Part shown: positions 1 through 8,892 of the stretch, one piece after another
Numbering within the stretch: position 1 is the first letter of the stretch
Layout: every line of letters begins with the position of its first letter
Assembly (NCBI GenBank): GCA_902577765.1
Contig: CACHAK010000001.1
Span: forward strand, 263,040-327,039
Length of the DNA stretch: 64,000 nucleotides
From: an uncultured Pelagibacteraceae bacterium
GTDB taxonomy: Bacteria; Pseudomonadota; Alphaproteobacteria; Pelagibacterales; AG-422-B15
Reading direction: 5' to 3'
The notes under the pieces: generated by a model
What the model saw: only the letters and a program-made list of their open reading frames with translations
Database searches by the model: none
Told to the model about the DNA's origin: nothing
Program-made: the position numbers and the translations under genes

Positions 1-1
1 T

Positions 2-370
2 TCTCATGGTAAGACTAATGTTGTTGTTACGGATGGATTCACTGGAAATATTGCATTAAAAACTGCAGAAGGCACCGCTAAGTTATTTCAAAGTCATTTA
101 ACTGATGCTTTTAAAAGTTCTGTGCTATCAAAAATTGGTTATTTTTTATCATCCTTAGCAATGAAGTCTGTACGTGAAAGGCTTGATCCAAGAGTGCATA
201 ATTGTGGTATTCTGACAGGCTTAAATTCTCTGGTTATAAAATGCCATGGTAAATCAGAGTTTCGAGGGGTTTCATACGCTGCGGATATTGTGTATTCCCT
301 ACTATTTAATGATGTAAACCGTAAAATTAAGCATTATGTTGCAGAAATACAAAGTAGGGCTCAATATTAA
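2..370 (+). CDS. plsX: Phosphate acyltransferase PlsX, 3' part (starts before the window)
   Basis: Frame from nt 2 reads SHGKTNVVVTDGFTGNIALKTAEG (PlsX motif) and continues into ORF 122..370 with KCHGKS. Confidence 0.9.
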   Translation, partial: SHGKTNVVVTDGFTGNIALKTAEGTAKLFQSHLTDAFKSSVLSKIGYFLSSLAMKSVRERLDPRVHNCGILTGLNSLVIKCHGKSEFRGVSYAADIVYSLLFNDVNRKIKHYVAEIQSRAQY

Positions 371-426
371 TGATAAAAATAAATTAATTTATTGTTATAA
401 CTTATTAATTTTATATAATTTTTTTA

Positions 427-741
427 ATGGACAAGACTACTACACGCTCAACACTAAGCGAAGCTGTATTTAAAAATGTAGGACTTTCAAGAAATGAATC
501 CGCAACTTTAGTTGAATCAGTATTTAATGAGATCTTAAAGAGTCTAATTTGTGGAGACGATGTAAAAATCTCTTCTTTTGGTACTTTTGTGGTTAGACAG
601 AAAAAGGAGCGCATAGGCAGAAACCCTAAAACTGGGGAAGAAGTTCCAATTACTGCAAGAAGCGTTGTTACATTTAGAGCATCAAATGTATTAAAATCAC
701 GAGTAAACTCAAAATTAAAATCAAGTATTCCAAACGAATAA
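427..741 (+). CDS. ihfA: Integration host factor alpha subunit
   Basis: VKISSFGTF...[14 protein letters not shown]...VVTFRAS; typical plsX-ihfA-MerR neighbourhood. Confidence 0.95.
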   Translation: MDKTTTRSTLSEAVFKNVGLSRNESATLVESVFNEILKSLICGDDVKISSFGTFVVRQKKERIGRNPKTGEEVPITARSVVTFRASNVLKSRVNSKLKSSIPNE

Positions 742-747
742 AAATTT

Positions 748-1176
748 ATGAGCATTAAATCACCAGAAGCATTTAGAACCATAAGTGAAGTTTCTAAAGA
801 TCTGTCACTACCTCAACATGTACTAAGATTCTGGGAAACTAAGTTTGTTCAGATCAAGCCAATAAAAAGAGGTGGAGGAAGAAGATATTACAGACCAGAA
901 GACATTAGACTACTAAAGGGTATAAAAATTCTTTTGTATAACGACGGTTATACTATCAGAGGAGTTCAGAAAGTTATAAAAGAGAATGGTACAAAAAAAA
1001 TTTTGATGCAGGTTGATCAAAATAAAAACTTTACAAATAGTGAAATAAGTAATAATGATCTTGGCGAAACTAATTCAATAACAAATTATAACATTAGCGA
1101 AACTAAGAGAAAAAAGTTATTAAATGTTCTTGAGGATCTAGTTGAGTTAAGAAAAAAACTTGATACAGATAAGTAA
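748..1176 (+). CDS. MerR-family HTH transcriptional regulator
   Basis: [25 protein letters not shown]...GGRRYY; conserved position after ihfA in alphaproteobacteria. Confidence 0.9.
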   Translation: MSIKSPEAFRTISEVSKDLSLPQHVLRFWETKFVQIKPIKRGGGRRYYRPEDIRLLKGIKILLYNDGYTIRGVQKVIKENGTKKILMQVDQNKNFTNSEISNNDLGETNSITNYNISETKRKKLLNVLEDLVELRKKLDTDK

Positions 1177-1367
1177 TGGCAAAAAAATCTACCGTAAAAG
1201 TTAGACTTGTTCCTGAAGAGAAAACAGATAGTAAGTTTTATTACTATGCAAAAAAACCAACATCAGGGCTTAAAGCTAAAGACAAGTTAAGAATGAAGAA
1301 GTATAACCCTGCAACAAAAAAACATGAGTGGTTTATAGAAAAGAAACTGCCACCACATAGTAAATAA
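1176..1367 (+). CDS. rpmG: 50S ribosomal protein L33 (Zn-free type)
   Basis: [12 protein letters not shown]...KLRMKKYNPATKKHEWFIEKK; TAATG overlap with the MerR stop. Confidence 0.85.
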   Translation: MAKKSTVKVRLVPEEKTDSKFYYYAKKPTSGLKAKDKLRMKKYNPATKKHEWFIEKKLPPHSK

Positions 1368-1661
1368 CTATTTTTTAAAATTCTTTTTTTCGAAGTCAAT
1401 AAAACTTTTTATAATTGAAAGCCATATATTACTGATTAGTGTTGGGTTTGCTCCAAGCTTTTTTGATTTGATTTTAATCTTCTTTTTTATTTGATTAATT
1501 CTTTTAATATCAACTATTTCTGATTTCTTTGTTTTAAGATTTAAGGCTTTACTTACCAAAAAAGATCTTTTGACCATGAGAGGTAAAATTTTCGAGTCAA
1601 TTTGATCTATTTTCTTTCTTACCTCTCTCATTTTAACTGAATTATTTTTCATACTTTTCAT
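1368..1661 (-). CDS. Chorismate mutase, AroQ/type II
   Basis: MREVRKKIDQIDSKILPLMVKR...IVDIKR; ~97 aa. Confidence 0.8.
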   Translation of the reverse strand: MKSMKNNSVKMREVRKKIDQIDSKILPLMVKRSFLVSKALNLKTKKSEIVDIKRINQIKKKIKIKSKKLGANPTLISNIWLSIIKSFIDFEKKNFKK

Positions 1662-1852
1662 TTTCTTTTAAAGGGAGATAAAATATATATTGCTGGAAAA
1701 ACCCATAGAATACCAAGGATAAAATATATTATTAATTCTATAAACCAATTATTAAAGTTGATTTTAATCAAAAAAGCCATAACTAATAAACAATATAAAA
1801 ACATCAATATAATAAAAAGAATAATACTGATTAATTTTTTTGTTTTTAACAT
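1658..1852 (-). CDS. Small two-TM membrane protein (DUF2842-like)
   Basis: Two hydrophobic helices, YFILGILWVFPA motif; usual neighbour of ctaA. Confidence 0.65.
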   Translation of the reverse strand: MLKTKKLISIILFIILMFLYCLLVMAFLIKINFNNWFIELIIYFILGILWVFPAIYILSPFKRK

Positions 1853-1870
1853 ATTAAATATTTAATTATT

Positions 1871-2914
1871 ATGACTACGAAAATCAATACATTTTCAATT
1901 TGGCTATTATTTCTAACGTTATCTATTTGTGCAATAATACTCATTGGCGGTTACACTAGAATTTCTGACTCTGGCCTATCAATTACAGAGTGGCTCCCAG
2001 TAACAGGGGTTATGTACCCTTTAAGTGAAGCCCAATGGCAATTAGAGTTCGAAAAATATCAAAAAATTGATGAATTCATTCTTGTTAATAGCGCAATGAC
2101 ATTGAGTGAATTTAAAGTAATATATTTTTGGGAGTGGTTTCATAGATTTTTTGCACGTTTAATCGGAGTAATATATTTGTTGCCTCTAATTTATTTATTG
2201 TTAAAGAAAAAAATCGAGAGAGTTTATCTGTTGAGAATTGTCTTAATTGGTTTTTTGTTAGCAACGCAGGCTGTGATTGGTTGGTATATGGTCGAGAGTG
2301 GCTTAGTTGGAAGAGTAGACGTAAGTCAATATCGGTTAGCAATGCACCTTACAATGGCATTTATTATTTTAGGTATTACATTTCAAACATTATTAGAGGC
2401 CAACATAAAATATTCCAACAAAAGCAACTTTTACCAACCGACAAATAGTGAAACTTTATTTTTATTATTGTTATTATTAATCTTCTTACAAATAGCATAT
2501 GGAGCTTTTGTCTCTGGAACTCACTCAGGATTATTATTTAATACTTGGCCAATGTATAATGGTAATATTTTTCCTCACATTGAAAATAATACTATGAATG
2601 GAATTATTCATTTTTTTGAAACTGGGGAATATATAATATTTGCTCATAGAACTTTCGCACTATTTGTCCTTGTATTAGTTGTTTATATAAATTATTTTTT
2701 TTTTAAAAAAAACGGCTCGACAAAGAAAAATTATTTATTATTAACATTTAACTTAACTTTTTTTATACAAATCTTACTAGGGGTTCTAATGACTTTTTAT
2801 AACATTCCATGGCACTTAGCACTAGCTCATCAGGGGAATGCTATAATCTTATTTTTGATTTCAATATCGATGTGGATGTTTAGCAAAAAGTCTCTTCAAA
2901 GTAATTTAACTTAA
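1871..2914 (+). CDS. ctaA: Heme A synthase (Cox15/CtaA)
   Basis: GGYTRISDSGLSITEW, WEWFHR, YRLAMH, HQGNA; multiple TM helices. Confidence 0.95.
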   Translation: MTTKINTFSIWLLFLTLSICAIILIGGYTRISDSGLSITEWLPVTGVMYPLSEAQWQLEFEKYQKIDEFILVNSAMTLSEFKVIYFWEWFHRFFARLIGVIYLLPLIYLLLKKKIERVYLLRIVLIGFLLATQAVIGWYMVESGLVGRVDVSQYRLAMHLTMAFIILGITFQTLLEANIKYSNKSNFYQPTNSETLFLLLLLLIFLQIAYGAFVSGTHSGLLFNTWPMYNGNIFPHIENNTMNGIIHFFETGEYIIFAHRTFALFVLVLVVYINYFFFKKNGSTKKNYLLLTFNLTFFIQILLGVLMTFYNIPWHLALAHQGNAIILFLISISMWMFSKKSLQSNLT

Positions 2915-2933
2915 AGAGACTTAAAGCTACAGT

Positions 2934-4247
2934 TTAAGCCGCGTCTAAAGCATTTTTAAGATCTTCTATGATATCATCGATATGTTCAATGCCTATGGAC
3001 AATCTCACATAACTTGGGTTTACACCAGCAGACTCCATATCCTCATCCGATAATTGAGAGTGAGTTGTTGAAGCTGGATGTATAGCAAGGCTTCGTGCAT
3101 CACCGATGTTAGCAACATGATAAAACATATTTAAATTATTAATAAACTTTTCACCACTTGCTTTACCTCCTTTTAGTTCAATGCCACATAGTGCTCCGTG
3201 ACCACCTTTGAGGTATTTGTTAGCTCTTTCGCCAGCCTCGCCTTCATCAAGCCCAGCATATATTACTCTTGAGACCTTATTATGATTTGAGAGATATTCA
3301 GCCACCTTAGCGGCATTAGAACAGTGCTTTTCCATCCTTAAAGAAACTGTTTCTAATCCCTGAATGATTTGAAATGCACTTTGAGGGGGAAGAGCTGGTC
3401 CTAAATCTCTTAATCCTACAAATCTAGCCCTCACAATGTAAGCAATAGGACCTACTGCTTTCGCAAACTCTGTCCATACCATTCCATGATAACTAGGATC
3501 GGGATTATTTAGCATGGGCTGTCTTTTGGGATCTTTAGCCCAATCAAACTTTCCGCTATCAACAATTATTCCGCCAATTGTTGTACCGTGGCCACCTATG
3601 AATTTTGTTAGTGAGTGCACAACTATAGTTGCACCATGTTCAATTGGCTTACAGATTACAGGCGCTGCAGTGTTGTCTACAATTAGAGGGATATTGTACT
3701 CATCACCAATATCTGCTACCTCTCTAATTGGAAAAACTTTAAGCTTAGGATTAGGCAAAGTTTCAGCGTAATAAGCACGAGTATTATCATCTGTCATTTT
3801 TCTGAAACTTTCAGGATCTGTAGGGTCAGCAAACCTAACTTCTATGCCTAAATCTTTCATGGTATTAGCAAATAAATTCCAAGTTCCTCCATATAAATCT
3901 GTCGAACTAACAATATTATCTCCAGCTTTGACCAAATTTTGAATGCTTAACATAGAAGCTGATTGGCCAGAACTAACACATAATGCTCCTACACCACCTT
4001 CCATTGCTGCAACTCTTTTTTCAAGAACATCAACTGTAGGGTTCATTATTCTTGTATAAATATTACCAAAATCTTTAGCTCCAAATAAGTTAGCTGCATG
4101 TTCAGTGTTATGAAACTGATATGAAGTTGTTTGATAAATTGGAACAGCTACTGACGTTGTAGAAGGGTCACTTCTGTAATCACCTCCATGTAATGCAATT
4201 GTTTCAGGATTTACAGAATCTGCTGGATTAAATTTATTTTTTGCCAT
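2934..4247 (-). CDS. metY: O-acetylhomoserine sulfhydrylase (aminocarboxypropyltransferase)
   Basis: PIYQTTSY, GNIYTRIMNPT, HSLTKFIGGHG (PLP Lys), ANIGDARSLAIHPASTTH; ATG at 4247 preceded by GAGG. Confidence 0.93.
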   Translation of the reverse strand: MAKNKFNPADSVNPETIALHGGDYRSDPSTTSVAVPIYQTTSYQFHNTEHAANLFGAKDFGNIYTRIMNPTVDVLEKRVAAMEGGVGALCVSSGQSASMLSIQNLVKAGDNIVSSTDLYGGTWNLFANTMKDLGIEVRFADPTDPESFRKMTDDNTRAYYAETLPNPKLKVFPIREVADIGDEYNIPLIVDNTAAPVICKPIEHGATIVVHSLTKFIGGHGTTIGGIIVDSGKFDWAKDPKRQPMLNNPDPSYHGMVWTEFAKAVGPIAYIVRARFVGLRDLGPALPPQSAFQIIQGLETVSLRMEKHCSNAAKVAEYLSNHNKVSRVIYAGLDEGEAGERANKYLKGGHGALCGIELKGGKASGEKFINNLNMFYHVANIGDARSLAIHPASTTHSQLSDEDMESAGVNPSYVRLSIGIEHIDDIIEDLKNALDAA

Positions 4248-4290
4248 TTTTTTACCTCTATTTATATTTTCTTCGAGTTTCACAGCAAAC

Positions 4291-4320
4291 AAAAAAACCG
4301 CATCATAATACTATGTGCGG
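4291..4320 (-). terminator. Intrinsic terminator in the metY leader
   Basis: Minus strand CCGCA-catagtattatga-TGCGG followed by T7. Confidence 0.75.
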
Positions 4321-4325
4321 CTGAT

Positions 4326-4365
4326 GGCTTAGCTGTATAAGTCCGCAAGCTGTATTAAACTCGAC
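4326..4365 (-). ncRNA. SAM-II-like riboswitch aptamer
   Basis: Minus strand GTCGAGTTTAATACAGCTTGCGGACTTATACAGCTAAGCC has the TTTAA / GCTTGC / GCTAA elements of SAM-II, upstream of a Met biosynthesis gene. Confidence 0.6.
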
Positions 4366-4469
4366 AATATATTGAATAACACTCTAAGACTTATGTAAAG
4401 CGTAATAATTTAAAAAGTATCATAATACCAGTAATTAAATAGCTGAATTTATTAGATAAATATATGTTG

Positions 4470-4498
4470 TTGACATATTTTGCTGTATTCTCTAATAA
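4470..4498 (+). promoter_or_regulatory. Candidate sigma70 promoter of rplM-rpsI
   Basis: TTGACA (4470-4475), 17-nt spacer, TAATAA (4493-4498). Confidence 0.45.
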
Positions 4499-4506
4499 GC
4501 AACAAT

Positions 4507-4974
4507 ATGACTACATCTAAGATACTAAAGCAAACAGCATCTCTAAGAAAAGAGGACATTAAGAAAGATTGGCTCTTGATCGATGCAAAAGACATAGTCT
4601 TGGGCAGACTGGCTACAAATGTCTCAAATATTTTAAGAGGAAAGCATAAGCCCACGTATACGCCACATGTGGATTGCGGTGACAACGTTGTTATAATTAA
4701 TGCTGAAAAAATTAAGCTTACAGGCAAAAAACTCGATGACAAAACTTATTATAGACACACTGGATATCCTGGAGGTATTAAGAGCATCAATGCTAGAAAG
4801 ATATTAGAGGGAAAATTTCCAGACCGGCTTGTAAGATTAGCTGTTAAGAGAATGATTCCTAAAGGGCCACTAGGAAGAAAGCAGCTATCTAATATGAAAG
4901 TATATGTAGGAGATAAGCATCCACACGAGGCTCAAAATCCTAAAACATATAATATACAGGATGTAGTTAAATGA
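4507..4974 (+). CDS. rplM: 50S ribosomal protein L13
   Basis: [42 protein letters not shown] at 4507. Confidence 0.97.
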   Translation: MTTSKILKQTASLRKEDIKKDWLLIDAKDIVLGRLATNVSNILRGKHKPTYTPHVDCGDNVVIINAEKIKLTGKKLDDKTYYRHTGYPGGIKSINARKILEGKFPDRLVRLAVKRMIPKGPLGRKQLSNMKVYVGDKHPHEAQNPKTYNIQDVVK

Positions 4975-5417
4975 ACGAAAACATGAATAACAATACTGAA
5001 GAAAATTTAGCTAAACCTGTATTAGATAATTTAGGCAGATCTTATGCAACAGGCAAGAGAAAGAATGCTGTTGCAAGAGTATGGATAAAAGATGGATCTG
5101 GAAAAATTGTAATAAACGGTAAGGATGTAGATAAATACTTTTTAAGACCTGTTTTAAACATGTTAGTTCATCAACCGCTTGAACTTACGAACAAAAAAAT
5201 GAATGTTGACACAACAGTTACAGTTAGCGGTGGTGGAATGTCTGGTCAGGCTGGTGCTGTCAGACATGGAATTTCAAAAGCTCTAACTTTGCTAGATCCA
5301 AACTTAAGACCAATCCTTAAAACTGAAGGTTTACTTACTAGAGACGCTAGAATTGTTGAAAGAAAAAAATATGGTAGACGTAAAGCGCGTAGACGTTTCC
5401 AATTCTCAAAAAGATAA
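4971..5417 (+). CDS. rpsI: 30S ribosomal protein S9
   Basis: [40 protein letters not shown]. Confidence 0.97.
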   Translation: MNENMNNNTEENLAKPVLDNLGRSYATGKRKNAVARVWIKDGSGKIVINGKDVDKYFLRPVLNMLVHQPLELTNKKMNVDTTVTVSGGGMSGQAGAVRHGISKALTLLDPNLRPILKTEGLLTRDARIVERKKYGRRKARRRFQFSKR

Positions 5418-5455
5418 TTTTTTTCAAACTTCTATTTTAAAATTAAAAATTAATT

Positions 5456-6466
5456 ATGAAAAACGTAGCTATATTAGGTGCTAGTGGTTTTGTAGGACAA
5501 GAAATAATCAAAATTTGCCTCAACCACCCCCATGTTAAGATTGTTGCTTTATCTGCAAACAAGTCTGCAGGTGAGACAGTTCAAATCCATGACTCTGTTG
5601 GTATACAAGCACCACTCAAATACAAAAGCTATGAAGACATAAATTTTAGCAGCATTGATTATGTATTTAATTGCTTGCCAAATGAAAATCTTCACAAAAG
5701 AAGCGATCTATTGAAATCAGATGTCAATATAATTGACCTTTCAGTTGATTTTAGACTTGATGATAAAAATGATTATGAGGACTGGTATGGCTTTAAACAT
5801 GGCAACTTTGAGGTAAACGATGAATTTCAATATGGGTTAACAGAGTTTAATAGAAATAAGATAAAAAAATGTAAGCATATTGCAAACCCTGGCTGCTATG
5901 CAACTAGCATCTTAATCCCACTAATTGAATTGATAAAACAAAATGCAATTAAAACCGACAATATCGTTATTGACTCAAAATCAGGTTACTCAGGTGCAGG
6001 TAAAACAAAGGGAAAAAAAGAGTTAATTAAGGAAGTAAATGAAAATATCAGAACCTATGGTATTGGTGATCACAAACACATAGCTGAAATAAACCAAGAA
6101 CTAAGTAAAATCAAAAATATTCAAACTGAAGTTTTCTTTGCGGCTAATATATTACCTGTTGAAAGAGGTATTTTGAGTAACATATATATTGACACAAATG
6201 AGGTATCTCAAAATGATATTTACGATATATTACAAAATAGATTTAATGATGAGCATTTTATACAATTGCGACCAATGAATGAAATTCCTTCCTCTAGGGA
6301 AGTAGTTGGTACCAATAACTTAGTCATAGGATTAAAAAAGGGATATAAAGAAAATAAATTATGTATTGTTAGTGTTTTAGACAATTTGGTAAAAGGTGCT
6401 GCTGGACAAGCAGTTCAAAATTTTAATCTTATGAATGATTATGATGAGGGGTTAGGACTAGAATGA
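5456..6466 (+). CDS. argC: N-acetyl-gamma-glutamyl-phosphate reductase
   Basis: GASGFVG, IANPGCYAT, SGYSGAG, DNLVKGAAGQAVQ. Confidence 0.95.
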   Translation: MKNVAILGASGFVGQEIIKICLNHPHVKIVALSANKSAGETVQIHDSVGIQAPLKYKSYEDINFSSIDYVFNCLPNENLHKRSDLLKSDVNIIDLSVDFRLDDKNDYEDWYGFKHGNFEVNDEFQYGLTEFNRNKIKKCKHIANPGCYATSILIPLIELIKQNAIKTDNIVIDSKSGYSGAGKTKGKKELIKEVNENIRTYGIGDHKHIAEINQELSKIKNIQTEVFFAANILPVERGILSNIYIDTNEVSQNDIYDILQNRFNDEHFIQLRPMNEIPSSREVVGTNNLVIGLKKGYKENKLCIVSVLDNLVKGAAGQAVQNFNLMNDYDEGLGLE

Positions 6467-6660
6467 GAAAAAAAATAATAATTATTTTTAATTTATTTTT
6501 ATTTTTATTTAGTTTCAATGCCTGCTCATCAATAAAAAATTTTTCTTTTTATGAGTTTTTTATCAACCCGAATGCTGCAGAATTAATTTTAGATGATCAA
6601 GAAAATTCTCAGAAACCAGATTTAGAGAGCGTACCAGAAAAGGTTGAAATCGATGAGTAA
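6463..6660 (+). CDS. Small putative lipoprotein
   Basis: Basic N-terminus, hydrophobic stretch, lipobox FNAC; overlaps both neighbours. Confidence 0.55.
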   Translation: MRKKIIIIFNLFLFLFSFNACSSIKNFSFYEFFINPNAAELILDDQENSQKPDLESVPEKVEIDE

Positions 6661-7942
6661 AACTTATGGTGTCGGAATCGCAGGACTTGGAACAGTTGGA
6701 TCGGGATTTCTCAAACAATTAAAAAATTTTAAAACACCCTCACAAAAAACTGCAAATATCAATGTAATTAAAATTGCTGTTAAGAACTTAAGAAAAAAAA
6801 GAAGTTTATCAGTTAAGTCTCTACCGTTAACAACTGATACAATGTCATTAGCAACAAATGACAATGTAGATATTTTAATTGAGCTAATTGGTGGCTCAAA
6901 GGGAATAGCATATTACGTTGTTAAAAAAGCACTCCAAAATAAAAAGCATGTAATTACCGCTAATAAAGCTTTGCTCGCAGTACATGGCAATGAGTTATCT
7001 AAAATTGCTGAACAAAATAATGTTTGTCTCAATTATGAAGCAGCTATTGCTGGCGGTATACCAATTGTAAAAGCTGTAAGAGAAAATTTGCGACTTAATA
7101 AAATAAACAAAATTTATGGTATTTTGAATGGTACTTGTAACTACATTTTAACAAAGATGGAAAATAATGCGGGAGATTTTAAAAATGTATTAAATGATGC
7201 TCAAAAAAAAGGTTTTGCTGAGTTAAATCCAACATTTGATATTCAAGGTATTGATGCAGCTCATAAGATCACATTGTTATCAAGTATTGCTTTTGACATT
7301 CCTGTAAATTTTAAAGCTACTTTTATAGAAGGTATTACTAAGATTGATAAATATGATTTTGTTTTTGCAAAAGAATTAGGATATTCAATAAAATTATTAT
7401 CAGTTGCTTCTAAAAAATTAAGTAAGATCGAACAAAGAGTTCATCCTTGTTTTGTTAAACTAAAATCAGATATTGCAAAAGTGAGTAACGAGATCAATGC
7501 TGTTGTTGTAAATGACTCAGTAATTGGAAAAAATATTTTTGAAGGCCCTGGTGCTGGAGCTGGACCAACGGGAGCCTCTGTTATGTCAGACCTTATGGAC
7601 ATTATAAGAGGTACTTATAATTATCCATTGGGTGTATCAATGAAAAAGAAAAAGAAGCTAAAAATCCAGAAAATTGATGATTTGTCATTCCCATATTATT
7701 TGAGAATTACAGCCAAAGATAAGGCCGGGGTAATGGCAAAAATTTCTAAATCTCTATCAAAAAGAAAAATTTCGATTGAAAGTATAATTCAAAAGCCATC
7801 GAAAAGGTCAAATTTTGCTGAAATTATTTTGATAACTCACACAGTTAAAGAATCTTCGCTTTTATCATCTATTAAGCAGATAAAAAGATTACCAGAAGTA
7901 AGCTCATCTGTTAAATTTATCAGAATTGAAGATTCGTTATGA
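6653..7942 (+). CDS. hom: Homoserine dehydrogenase with C-terminal ACT domain
   Basis: GLGTVGSG, HVITANKA, EAAIAGGIP, GILNGTCNYIL, GPGAGAGPT. Confidence 0.95.
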   Translation: MSKTYGVGIAGLGTVGSGFLKQLKNFKTPSQKTANINVIKIAVKNLRKKRSLSVKSLPLTTDTMSLATNDNVDILIELIGGSKGIAYYVVKKALQNKKHVITANKALLAVHGNELSKIAEQNNVCLNYEAAIAGGIPIVKAVRENLRLNKINKIYGILNGTCNYILTKMENNAGDFKNVLNDAQKKGFAELNPTFDIQGIDAAHKITLLSSIAFDIPVNFKATFIEGITKIDKYDFVFAKELGYSIKLLSVASKKLSKIEQRVHPCFVKLKSDIAKVSNEINAVVVNDSVIGKNIFEGPGAGAGPTGASVMSDLMDIIRGTYNYPLGVSMKKKKKLKIQKIDDLSFPYYLRITAKDKAGVMAKISKSLSKRKISIESIIQKPSKRSNFAEIILITHTVKESSLLSSIKQIKRLPEVSSSVKFIRIEDSL

Positions 7943-8889
7943 CCGTAATATCAACTCAATATGCATCAGGAATTGTAGCTGCAACTGAAAAGGCTGCAAT
8001 TGCATCGTCTAAATTAATAGGTCTTGGTGACGAAAAAGCAGCAGATCAAGTTGCTGTAGACGCAATGAGAACAGCTTTAAATGCAATTGATTTTGATGGC
8101 AGAATTGTTATTGGTGAAGGTGAGAGAGATGAAGCGCCAATGCTTTATATTGGCGAGGAAGTAGGAACTGGCAAAAATCACGAAGTTGATATTGCGTTAG
8201 ATCCTCTAGAAGGAACCACTATAACAGCTAAGGGCATGCCAAATTCATTATCTGTAGTAGCTGCAGCTCAAAAAGGAGGGTTGCTCTATGCGCCAGACAC
8301 TTACATGAATAAGATTGCAGTTGGCAGTAGTCTTCCAAAAGATGTAATAGATCTTGATGCAGCTGTCGAAGATAACATAAAAAATATCGCGGAAGCTAAA
8401 AAAGTTAAAATTAGTGAAGTTACTGCCTGTGTATTAGAAAGACCCAGACACGATGATATAATTGAGTCTTTAAGAACAATTGGCTCAAAAATTGTTCTTA
8501 TTCCTGACGGCGATGTAGCAGGAGTAATTATGACAACACAGGAACATAATCCAGTTGATATTTACCTTGGCATCGGCGGAGCTCCTGAAGGAGTTTTAGC
8601 TGCTGCAGCACTGCAATGCATTGGCGGTCAAATGCAAACTAGACTTGTAATCAATAATGACGATGAAAAAATCAGAGCTGAAAAGATTGGCATTAGGGAC
8701 CTAGAAAAAAAATATACTCTTAATGAACTTGCACACGGCGATATTATCTTTTCTGCTACAGGTGTAACAGAAGGTACTATGGTTAGAGGAGTAAGATCTG
8801 ACAGCAGTCACTACATAACCCATTCACTAGTTCTAAGAACTGGCGAAGCCGCATCTCAGTATATCGAGACTTATCACAAAAAAGATTGA
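7939..8889 (+). CDS. glpX: Fructose-1,6-bisphosphatase class II
   Basis: IGEGERDEAPMLY, DPLEGTT, DGDV, GGAPEGVL, ATGVT. Confidence 0.95.
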   Translation: MTVISTQYASGIVAATEKAAIASSKLIGLGDEKAADQVAVDAMRTALNAIDFDGRIVIGEGERDEAPMLYIGEEVGTGKNHEVDIALDPLEGTTITAKGMPNSLSVVAAAQKGGLLYAPDTYMNKIAVGSSLPKDVIDLDAAVEDNIKNIAEAKKVKISEVTACVLERPRHDDIIESLRTIGSKIVLIPDGDVAGVIMTTQEHNPVDIYLGIGGAPEGVLAAAALQCIGGQMQTRLVINNDDEKIRAEKIGIRDLEKKYTLNELAHGDIIFSATGVTEGTMVRGVRSDSSHYITHSLVLRTGEAASQYIETYHKKD

Positions 8890-8892
8890 ACT

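Noticed and set aside
411-782. 123-aa minus-strand ORF
   Set aside because: Antisense to ihfA, no motifs; the same applies to 4452..4742 (antisense to rplM)
4248-4292. Longest-ORF N-terminal extensions (metY, rplM, aguA, Sel1, barrel gene, DUF6640-like, patatin)
   Set aside because: They run through leaders, tRNAs or upstream genes; downstream ATGs fit homology and RBS position better
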